A DNA stretch of 64,000 nucleotides from positions 124,001 to 188,000 of the forward strand of contig QPGO01000020.1 in the NCBI GenBank assembly GCA_008632985.1, given 5' to 3'. A model generated the notes under the pieces. It searched no databases and was not told the origin of the DNA. It was given only the letters and a program-made list of their open reading frames with translations. Positions 38,812 to 47,360 of the stretch are shown one piece after another. Position numbers and translations under genes: made by a program. This stretch comes from Psammoneis japonica. Taxonomy: Eukaryota. Within the stretch, counting starts at the first letter, position 1. Every line of letters starts with the position of its first letter.

Positions 38812-40239
38812 ATGGCGGCTGCTCCTCCGGATCCTGTCGAGACAGCGCTCGAATGGATCGGATTTGTTGATCCAGCTCAACGAGTCCCGCTCATGGCGGA
38901 CTTTGCGTCTTTTGACGATTTAGAAGACCTCAAGGAAGAGGACATCGATTCTCTTGCGTCTTCGTGCGCCAGGAGGACGGTTGCTGAAGGGCGCATTCAT
39001 TTTGGTTTGGCCCGCAGTCGTCGACTCAAAGCTCTCATACATTGGGTTCAGGACTTTGGTCGCGTGAGCGAGAATCCTACTCTGGATGGGCTTGATCAAG
39101 CCACTTTCCGTGCTGCTCTCCAGACGGCACTTAGTCGCGCCGAGATCCGCTCCCAGACCAAGGCTGCTGCTGACTCTCTTAGTAAAGAGGCGTCGCCCGG
39201 AATGTTAGAGAGCGAAAAGGATTGGGTCAAGTGGAGCACCGGTTTGACGAACATGCTTGGCATTGTGCTGGGAGTTTCTGGCGCACCGTTGGTGCATTGC
39301 ATTCGTCAAAACGATGCACCCGAACCTCAAGGCCACAACACTTTCGTCCAGAAGTGCATTGCATGTGCACCCCTCCAAGGCCCAGTTTTCGAGGCTGACG
39401 CTCGTACGGTTCATCTGCTCATCGAGTCCCCAACCACGGGCACACCTAGTGAGCAATGGTTGAAGGACCACAAGAATGAACAGAACGGACGAGTTGACTT
39501 TAGGGCGTTGTGCGACCATTGCCAGGGAGAAGGCAATGCCTCCCGCCGCATCTCTGAAGCCGAGCACATGGAGAATGCCCTTCATTGCAAGAGTGAACGC
39601 GCTGTGCCGTTTGAGTCATTTGCAAATGAGCTCCAAGAAATGTTCAACATTTTTGACGAGAACGACGAACCAAAAACGGAGGCCCAGAAGTTGCGGATCC
39701 TTTTTGAGAAGACGCAGCACCAATCACTACAAGCAGCAGTTGAAACCTTGAAGGCGCAGAATGAGTTTGGAGGAGGCATCACGTTCACCACGGCGGCCAA
39801 TCATCTTGCCGCCAAAGTCGCCACCCTTCCAGAGACGATTGCGCATCGTCGTGCGATTGCCGCAGTTGCCTCTGGAGGAGGAAGAGAGGGTGGTGCCATT
39901 TACAATGAGGATGGATCCATCAACACTGGATGCCACAAAAACTGGCACCAGTTGAGCAAGGAGGACAAACAGAAGGTCATCGACGAGCGCATGCGTCCAG
40001 GTGTCGCCAAACAACCTAAACCAACCAAACGCCGTGCTGCATCCGTCAAGTCGCTCAAGAAGAAGAATCGGAAGCTGTCGTCGCAGCTTAAAGAAGCGAA
40101 CCGCAAAATCTCCGCCCTGAACACTGATGTCAGTGCCGACTCTGGCGATGATGAATCAGGGGCTGGCGGCAGAGACGGAGACAATGCCGGAGACGCATTC
40201 GGTGGTCGCAGCGAAAAGCGCCGAGGAAAGCAGAAATGA
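38812..40239 (+). CDS. gag: Copia Gag (hypermutated but open)
   Basis: Diatom copia Gag motifs (RRLKALIHWVQDF, G.SGAPLVHCIR, GPVFEADARTVH, NGRVDFRALCDHCQGEG) and a basic C-terminus. Confidence 0.85.
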   Translation: MAAAPPDPVETALEWIGFVDPAQRVPLMADFASFDDLEDLKEEDIDSLASSCARRTVAEGRIHFGLARSRRLKALIHWVQDFGRVSENPTLDGLDQATFRAALQTALSRAEIRSQTKAAADSLSKEASPGMLESEKDWVKWSTGLTNMLGIVLGVSGAPLVHCIRQNDAPEPQGHNTFVQKCIACAPLQGPVFEADARTVHLLIESPTTGTPSEQWLKDHKNEQNGRVDFRALCDHCQGEGNASRRISEAEHMENALHCKSERAVPFESFANELQEMFNIFDENDEPKTEAQKLRILFEKTQHQSLQAAVETLKAQNEFGGGITFTTAANHLAAKVATLPETIAHRRAIAAVASGGGREGGAIYNEDGSINTGCHKNWHQLSKEDKQKVIDERMRPGVAKQPKPTKRRAASVKSLKKKNRKLSSQLKEANRKISALNTDVSADSGDDESGAGGRDGDNAGDAFGGRSEKRRGKQK

Positions 40240-43200
40240 CTGCCAAGCTGGACCCTGCTTGGTTGCATCATAAACTTCTTGTTGTGGTTGCTGCAATGGG
40301 GCGGGGGACAGCCGCATCGATCAAAGGAGCAGTGTCCACGTGCCTGTGTCAAATGCATCTGTGAGGTTGTCACCTCGACGAGACGTGTGTCGGCAACGCG
40401 GTCTGACACCACACGAATCACCCACATCCGTGATGTGAGCAAGGCACAGCATGGGCGTCTTGAAATGGATTCGCATGCTGACACCACTGTTTTTGGTCAA
40501 AACTTTACCCTCTCAGGTTGTTCTGGACGAGAATGTGACGTGTCGCCTTTTAATGAGGGACACGAGTCCATCAAGAGTGTCCCAATTGTCTCGGCAGCCA
40601 CGGCGTGGACTTCACCGACATCGGGAGCAACTTTTGTTCTGGTCTTCCACGAGGGCTCATGGATGCCGGAGTCCATGGAGCACTCACTGGTTAACCCAAA
40701 CCAGCTGCGGCACTTTGGTGTTAAGGTTCAGGACAACCCCTGCTCCGATTCGCCACTGCACATCCTCACTGAGGACAGATCTTTCATGATGCCGCTTGAA
40801 GCTGTGGGGACCAATGTCGTTGTGGCAACTCGTGCTCCTGCAGAGCAGGAATTGCACGAATGCCCCAAGATCCAGATGACCTCCCAACAACCTTGGGATC
40901 CACAGACCGTCAAGTTCAAATCTGTTGGAACTCGACGATCTGCGGAGGAGGAAATGGAGCTAGTTCGGTCAATTGCGACGATCCACACCAATCTAACACA
41001 CGAGTTCAAAGCTGATCCTGCCTGCAGCAACCCCCAATCCGGGGACTGTTGCGATGAGCGATTCATTTGTGGAGTCGATCAAGTCCAATCAAGGCTCATG
41101 GCTGCCGTCAATGTGGAAATGGAGCCAACAGTCCAGATCTCCGCCACGGAAACAATCGGCGAAGGACCTGAAGACTTGGCACTCCCGAAGACGTTCATGT
41201 CTGAGGAGAGGCACAGTGACGCATCGGCTGCTGACTCAAGTGAACAATGGTGCATGGGACTCAAGCAAGCAGCAAGTGCGCTCAAGAAGACTGCACAAAA
41301 GCTCATCAGGTCAGCGTTGATGCCTGTGGGCCGGCGCTGTCGGGCCGATCGGATGTTCACAAAGCCCAGGTTACGGGGTGAATGGGCAACCGACACGGCA
41401 GACGGCAAGGTGGTTTCGCTGGAGGGCAATCGACATGCCCAGATCTTTACAAACAAGCAACACTTTGCTGCGATCTGTCCCATGGACAAGAAGAGCAAGG
41501 CTGGCGAGGCTCTCAAGACGTTTTGCCAGGAATTTGGCGTGCCAGAGAAACTCCTGATGGACGGATCTAAGGAGCAAACAAAACCTGGCATGGAGTTCAT
41601 GAAGACCGTGCGCAAGGAGGGCACAGATTGTCACATCATCGAACCTGATCGACACAACCAGAATCCTGCAGAAGGAGTTGCACGCGAGGTTGGACGTAAG
41701 TGGTTCCGTGTCATGGTCAAGAAGCAAGTGCCGCGGCGACTGTGGGGCTGCGGATTTACATGGACATGTGAGACCATGTCTCGCACGTTCCTTCGAGCAC
41801 ATCATTTGGATGCAGGAGCACCACTGGAGAACGTTCTCGGAGAGACCGTGGACATCTCGGAGCACCTCGACTTTGGATTTTACGATTGGGTCTGGTGCAG
41901 GGAGAATGCCGGTCTGGGGGACGAGAAGCTTGGTAGGTGGCTTGCTGTGTCTCACAGAACAGGGAGTCTCATGTCGCATTACGTTCTGACACAGACAGGC
42001 AGTGTTATTTCGAGAACTTCCGTCCAACGAGTCACCAATTTGGAAGCCGCCACTCAAGAGAAAAAGGCAGAGTTCGACAGTTTTGACGAGGAGATCAAGC
42101 GACGGTTGAAGGAGCAAGATTTCCCCGATGACGAGGATCGTAAGATCAGTCCCGAAGACTGGAAAGACTGCCTTGGATACGACGATGAATTCCTCGATGA
42201 GCATGATCGTGTCATGTCCTCAGAGGAGGTGGCAAATGACGACGACGACAAGAAAGACGAGGAAGCCTCACCGGAGGCGGCGGACTGGGGATGCATTAAC
42301 ATGGAGGTTGCGCTTCCACGAGATGACAATGGTCCTGAGTTTGCTCGTGTCACGAAGAGGTTGAGAGATGCTCAGATCGACGAGGACGGAAACCAGCACG
42401 TCTCATTCGATGAGATCGTTGATTGCCGCACCAACGGGGACGTTCCTGAATCCGAATTCTTTGAGACCGAACGAGGCGTTCGGAAGAGGCGCAAGACTGC
42501 CAAAGGATGGGAACTTTTGTTCCAATGGAAGGATGGAAGTGCGACTTGGATCGACTTGAAGATTGCGAAGGAGAGCTTCCCAGTCCAAGTTGCCGAGTTC
42601 GCCATTCAGCGCAAGATCTCGGGTGAGGCAGCGTTTGCTTGGTGGGTTCCTCATGTCATGAAAACCCACAAGCGTTCCATTGCGAAGGTCAAGTCGAAGT
42701 GCTGGCTACGAACACACAAATTTGGCATGCGGATCCCGAAGAGTGTCAAGGAGGTGATCCAGATCGATTGCGCAAATGGCAACACACTGTGGTGGGACGC
42801 CATTTGCACGGAGATGAAGAACGCACGGGTTGCTTTTGACAAGCATGAAGGGGAGCTTAAAGACATGGCGCCTGGTTTCCAGGAAGTGAAGTGCCACATG
42901 ATTTTTGACATCAAGTTGGGAGAAAACTTCTGCCGCAAAGCTCGCATGGTGGCTGGAGGCCACACCACTGAAACCCCCGCACACATCACTTGCTCCTCTG
43001 TCGTCTCTCGGGATTTGGCAAGAATTGCACTGACGCTTGCTGCGCTCAATGACTTGCAAGTCTTTGCATGTGACACCCAGAACGCCTGCCTCACTGCCCC
43101 TTGCAGGGAGAAGATTTGGACCAGAGCAGGGTCTGAGTTTGGCAAAGATGAAGGTTGCATCATGATTGTGGTCAGGGCCCCACACGGATTGAAGAGCTCC

Positions 43201-44439
43201 GGAGCAGCGTTCAGGGCTTTTCCAGCGGAGACGCTTTATGATCTAGGGTGCAAACCGAGCAAGGCTGATCCGGATGTGTGGATGAGACCTGCGGTGAAAC
43301 CCGACGGATTCGAGTGCTGCGAGTGCGTTCTAGTTTACGTGGACGACGTGCTGTCGATTGGCCACAAACCCATGAAGACGATGGATGGCATCAGGTCCAA
43401 GTTCAAGCTCAAGGGTGATGAGGCAGCCGAACCGGATTCCTGCCTCGGTGCTGCGCTCTCCAAGATGACTTTAGCCGATGGGACCACCTGTTGGGCAATG
43501 TCTGCGGAGAAGTGCTGCAAGTCCGCTGTCCAAAATGTAGAGGACAGGCTTGGCAAGGAGGGGAAACGTCTGCCTGGCAAGGCGACAACCCCATTGAGCA
43601 GTGGATGCAAACCCGAGTTAGATGCTGCTGGCGAGTTGGACGCTGAAGGACTTCACTGTTGTCAAGAGCTGATTGGTGTGCTGGTTTGGGCGGCAGAACT
43701 CGGCAGAGTGGACATCCATTTGGAGGTTTCGTCAATGTCTGCTCACCTCGCTCTCCCTCGCATTGGCCATCTGGAACAGGCACTGCATGTCTTTGCATGC
43801 CTTAAACAGGTTCCAAAGCGTCAAGTGGCATTCGATCCGGCTCATCCCAAGATCGATGAATCACGATTCGTGAAGTGCGACTGGCACGACTTCTGCCGAG
43901 ATGCAAGAGAAGCCATTCCAACAAATGCACCGCCAGCTCGAGGTAATGCAGTGTCGACACATTGTTTTGTGGATGCCAACCATGCCGGAAATGTTGCCGA
44001 TCGCCGCAGCCATACAGGCATCTTGATGTTCATTGACCGGGCACCCATTGTGTGGCACTCGAAGCGTCAGAATGCCGTGGAGGCTGGCACATTTGGAGCA
44101 GAGATCGTTGCACTCAAGAATGCCATCGAGCTCGCAGAGAGTCTACGACACAAGCTTCGAATGTTTGGAGTGCCGATCGAAGGGCCAACAAATGTCTTCT
44201 GTGATGATGAGGCCGTCCACAAGAATTGCTCTGTTCCTGAGTCTACACTCAAGAAGAAGCATCACTCCATTGCGCGTCACCGTAACCGCGAAGCTGTTGC
44301 TGCGGGGACTGTTAGGATTGCAAAGGAGGGAACAGAGACAAACCTTGGCAATCTATTCACGAAGGTCATGTCGTCTGTCAGGCGAAATTTTCTGTTAGAC
44401 AAGTTCGCGCATCAGGATGGATGCGTGAAGCGGTGGTGA
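40240..44439 (+). CDS. pol: Copia Pol (protease, integrase, RT, RNase H), open but Tyr-depleted
   Basis: EMDSHADT (PR), HNQNPAE (IN), KARMVAGGH, GLKSSG, YVDD (RT), FVDANHAG...DRRS (RH). Only 5 Tyr counted in the 1386-aa ORF. Confidence 0.95.
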   Translation: MPSWTLLGCIINFLLWLLQWGGGQPHRSKEQCPRACVKCICEVVTSTRRVSATRSDTTRITHIRDVSKAQHGRLEMDSHADTTVFGQNFTLSGCSGRECDVSPFNEGHESIKSVPIVSAATAWTSPTSGATFVLVFHEGSWMPESMEHSLVNPNQLRHFGVKVQDNPCSDSPLHILTEDRSFMMPLEAVGTNVVVATRAPAEQELHECPKIQMTSQQPWDPQTVKFKSVGTRRSAEEEMELVRSIATIHTNLTHEFKADPACSNPQSGDCCDERFICGVDQVQSRLMAAVNVEMEPTVQISATETIGEGPEDLALPKTFMSEERHSDASAADSSEQWCMGLKQAASALKKTAQKLIRSALMPVGRRCRADRMFTKPRLRGEWATDTADGKVVSLEGNRHAQIFTNKQHFAAICPMDKKSKAGEALKTFCQEFGVPEKLLMDGSKEQTKPGMEFMKTVRKEGTDCHIIEPDRHNQNPAEGVAREVGRKWFRVMVKKQVPRRLWGCGFTWTCETMSRTFLRAHHLDAGAPLENVLGETVDISEHLDFGFYDWVWCRENAGLGDEKLGRWLAVSHRTGSLMSHYVLTQTGSVISRTSVQRVTNLEAATQEKKAEFDSFDEEIKRRLKEQDFPDDEDRKISPEDWKDCLGYDDEFLDEHDRVMSSEEVANDDDDKKDEEASPEAADWGCINMEVALPRDDNGPEFARVTKRLRDAQIDEDGNQHVSFDEIVDCRTNGDVPESEFFETERGVRKRRKTAKGWELLFQWKDGSATWIDLKIAKESFPVQVAEFAIQRKISGEAAFAWWVPHVMKTHKRSIAKVKSKCWLRTHKFGMRIPKSVKEVIQIDCANGNTLWWDAICTEMKNARVAFDKHEGELKDMAPGFQEVKCHMIFDIKLGENFCRKARMVAGGHTTETPAHITCSSVVSRDLARIALTLAALNDLQVFACDTQNACLTAPCREKIWTRAGSEFGKDEGCIMIVVRAPHGLKSSGAAFRAFPAETLYDLGCKPSKADPDVWMRPAVKPDGFECCECVLVYVDDVLSIGHKPMKTMDGIRSKFKLKGDEAAEPDSCLGAALSKMTLADGTTCWAMSAEKCCKSAVQNVEDRLGKEGKRLPGKATTPLSSGCKPELDAAGELDAEGLHCCQELIGVLVWAAELGRVDIHLEVSSMSAHLALPRIGHLEQALHVFACLKQVPKRQVAFDPAHPKIDESRFVKCDWHDFCRDAREAIPTNAPPARGNAVSTHCFVDANHAGNVADRRSHTGILMFIDRAPIVWHSKRQNAVEAGTFGAEIVALKNAIELAESLRHKLRMFGVPIEGPTNVFCDDEAVHKNCSVPESTLKKKHHSIARHRNREAVAAGTVRIAKEGTETNLGNLFTKVMSSVRRNFLLDKFAHQDGCVKRW

Positions 44440-44599
44440 GTTTCTTCCCTGGTGAGGGTTTACACCATGCACAAAGGATTGGCGGCTTTTCCCTGGCAAG
44501 GGTTTTACGTCGATTAATGAGTCAAGATGTTTGAGCTAGATCACTGATGCAGCATTGGGTCGAATTGTGCCTTACGAGTCAGGTACATTTCGAGGGGAC

Positions 44600-44822
44600 C
44601 GAGTGAAATCCGATGTATCAGAGTCTGTCTAGTGCGCTCTATAAGTTGAAGTGGCGGGACTGTGACGTGGTGTCGGTGGAAAAGTGACCATGACCATCGA
44701 TTGGTCTCACTTGTTGCATCCGTTGTAGTTGTAACAGGCCTAGAAGCATCTTATCGGTTGTATTCGCGTTATCGTACTAAGACTGTGAGTGGCTGAGCCT
44801 ATTCGGCAGCTAGATTTACTCG
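44600..44822 (+). repeat. 3' LTR, retains most TpA
   Basis: Matches the 5' LTR and is preceded by a polypurine tract. Confidence 0.95.
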
Positions 44823-45858
44823 GTACAATGCCGCTCGGCCTTTTCGAGTAGTGGGGGGAGGTATGTTGTTGTTTCGAGCGCGGAAACAATGAGTCCGAGC
44901 TTTCACGTGTTGTTTTGTGTATCCTCCACTTATTTTCTATTTTAGTCTCCGATGTTGAAATTGAGCAGCTTCAAATGGCTCGGGGGCCTTTGGCGAAGGT
45001 GGCACTTTGTACCATGTAGTTACAAGAATTCATTGCTCGAGAGCATTTGCATAAAGGGTTGGGCAGCGTCGGTGCTCCGATTGTCAGTCGAATGTTTCAA
45101 TGCACAAGTGATGGAATGATTGGGTGAGTATGATAAGGTGTACAATTTTGCTAGGTTGGACATCAACATGTTGTCAGGTCTGACTCTTCATTGATTCTAC
45201 GCTTTCTCCAACTCTTTCACAAACGCTTCCCCAAACGCTTTCCGAAACTCCAACAGGTGCAATCAAGCCCGCAAGATTGCCTGCATTCCTTTTCCGTTCC
45301 CACACGCACAAATTACGTCTCTTTACATCATTATGATGGTGGTCTTTGTGCCAATGCTGATGCTCTCATACATCAACAACATTGTCTTTGGCGCGTTCCT
45401 CAACTTTCTTTACAGTCCTTGCTTTCACTGGTCTTTACGAAGTTTCCCGTGAACTGGAGAATCCGTTTAAGAACGTGCCAAATGACATTCCTCTAAATAA
45501 CTTTCAGGCCCAATTCAATGAAGCCCTGATGACCATGTACAACGGATACCATCCAGACTCTTTTTGGGTTGTTCAAGAAGTGAGTGGCCCACTTCCATCT
45601 ATGATCTTCGAGGATCCTGAGCAAGAAGAAAGGTTAGAGGCGGAGGAAAAGGAAGAATCGATACACAGAGAGGAGGGAAAGCTTCCGGTTTTGCGTGCCG
45701 ACGATCGTCACGAACCCCCCCTATCGTCAGTGGACGACAGCTTGTTGACTCATGATTCTTCCGGGGAAACGTATCGTGGCGCTCCATTGGTTGCTGGAAC
45801 TTTAGAGGCCGAAGTTTCAGCGAGCGAAGGCAACAACGATGAAATCAAAATGAGCTGA
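44823..45858 (+). pseudogene. Bestrophin-like gene, 3' part
   Basis: YNAARPFRVVGG, ARGPLAKVALCTM*LQEF (premature TAG), NQARKIACIPFPFPHAQ, GLYEVSRELENPF.NVPNDIPL. Introns at ~44861-44945 and ~45124-45257. Confidence 0.85.
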
Positions 45859-46295
45859 TCGTATTAATTGACTTTCCCTAAGGATGTTCGACAACATTAC
45901 GTAGAAGTAGATACAAGTTTTTCACGCAAGAGCTGTGCGGCAATAGTGTGTGACATTAATTATCAACATTTTGGGCACTTTAACTTTCAAAAATTGCTAT
46001 GGAGATGGCAGTTTCCCTCAGGGTATTATTACTAACGTACCAGGAAATAACCACCTAGAGGTAATTGGCAGACAAGTATATGCGGGTGGGCGAAACGTAG
46101 CAGGCTTGAGTTTCGCAATGGAATAGCGGCAATGTTGACTTGTAACTAGACGAGACGAAAATTAATGGCTCACGAATCTGACAGTACAAACGATGAAACA
46201 GCCCTACAGGACCTTCCTCTCTCTAGAGTACGGCGTTACCGGTAGTGGTCTACAAATTTAAGATTTGAGCGGGCCCTGCAGGTGCAAGAGGCATT

Positions 46296-46763
46296 CTAGA
46301 ACTCTGCTTGTCCGTCTTGCGTCACTTTGAGAAGCTCTAAGGTGAAGACGAGAACAGCACCACCTGGGATCTGCCCCCCAGCGCCACGGTCGCCGTAACC
46401 TAACTCAGAAGGGATGTAAAGCTCCCATTTTCCACCCTCTTTCATGAGCTGCAATGCCTCCTTCCAACCGTTAATAACTTGGTTCGGAGCAAAAGTGAGC
46501 GGCTCCCCGCGTTTGTATGAGCTGTCAAATTCAGTACCATCGATCAAAGTTCCTGCATAATGGCACAAGCACGGCGTGTTAATCTTCGGCGACGGACCGG
46601 TTCCAGCACGAAGTTCCTTGTAGAGAAGGCCCGACGGAAGCTCCACAACCCCGTCCTCCTGCTTCTTAGCTGCTAGAAACTTCAGTCCCTCAGGATTCGT
46701 CCCAGCATGGACCAAGCCAAAAAGGGCAACAGTAACGAACATAAGCAAAGAGCGAATCATCAT
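46296..46763 (-). CDS. FKBP-type peptidyl-prolyl isomerase (Mip/FkpA-like) with signal peptide
   Basis: LPSGLLYK, HYAGTLIDGTEFDSSYKRG, VINGWKEALQLM, YIPSELGYG, VLVFTLELL. Ends QAEF, a possible ER-retention variant. Confidence 0.95.
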   Translation of the reverse strand: MMIRSLLMFVTVALFGLVHAGTNPEGLKFLAAKKQEDGVVELPSGLLYKELRAGTGPSPKINTPCLCHYAGTLIDGTEFDSSYKRGEPLTFAPNQVINGWKEALQLMKEGGKWELYIPSELGYGDRGAGGQIPGGAVLVFTLELLKVTQDGQAEF

Positions 46764-47022
46764 ACAGACAGAAGAGAGGATTAAGCGAGACGTATGAATG
46801 AGAGATGGAGAGATACGTACAGTATCTATTAGCTCTAGCTAGAGAGTAGTCTCTTCGAAGCAGACAGCAGACAGCCGAAGATTGAAGACTGAAGACCGAT
46901 CGATCTCGTCTCTCGTCGTCGAGCAAAGAATTCATCATCGATCGCGTCGCGTGAGGCAGGAAGATATCCGAGCTCGAAGCTCGATCTCTGGAGATCTGAC
47001 GTGCGTGCGTTTCATTCGGGAT

Positions 47023-47360
47023 TGTTTTGGCCTGAAGGCTATGAGATAACGGTTGTTCCCAAAGTGAATGTTATGGGGCAATTGGTGCTCCATAAGTGAA
47101 GGGGTCCTTTATCATCAAAAACGATTCTGATTGGCTGGTTGTCTGCCGGTCATAATGAAAAAGTCACACTAAACTCACGATGTGTCCCACGTGTGCGTGG
47201 TTGGTTCGGTTCTCGGAAAGCATCCATAAGACTGTTTGGTGATGTCTTTGACATTCTGAGGGCACTGGTGTAATGCCGGGAAATCCACTCGAGGATCTTC
47301 TCACAATCTTGATTGGGTTGCTGTTTACCACTGATTTATCTTATCGAGACACTTTTAGCA
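47023..47360 (+). repeat. 5' LTR of second copia, retains many TpA
   Basis: Alignable to 55093-55413. Confidence 0.9.

Larger units (their letters stand above)
38299..44822 (+). mobile_element. Near full-length Ty1/copia LTR retrotransposon (CoDi-like), 223-bp LTRs, 4-bp TSD GTAC
   Basis: LTRs at 38299-38521 and 44600-44822; GTAC at 38295-38298 and 44823-44826; PBS-like ttcatcagagcc; PPT gagggga; domain order gag-PR-IN-RT-RH. Confidence 0.97.

Noticed and set aside
38812..44439. Alternative genetic code or RNA-level editing fixed at reverse transcription
   Set aside because: Neighbouring genes use Tyr normally. Both TA->TG and TA->CA occur, the two LTRs differ from each other, and flanking host DNA is also hit.
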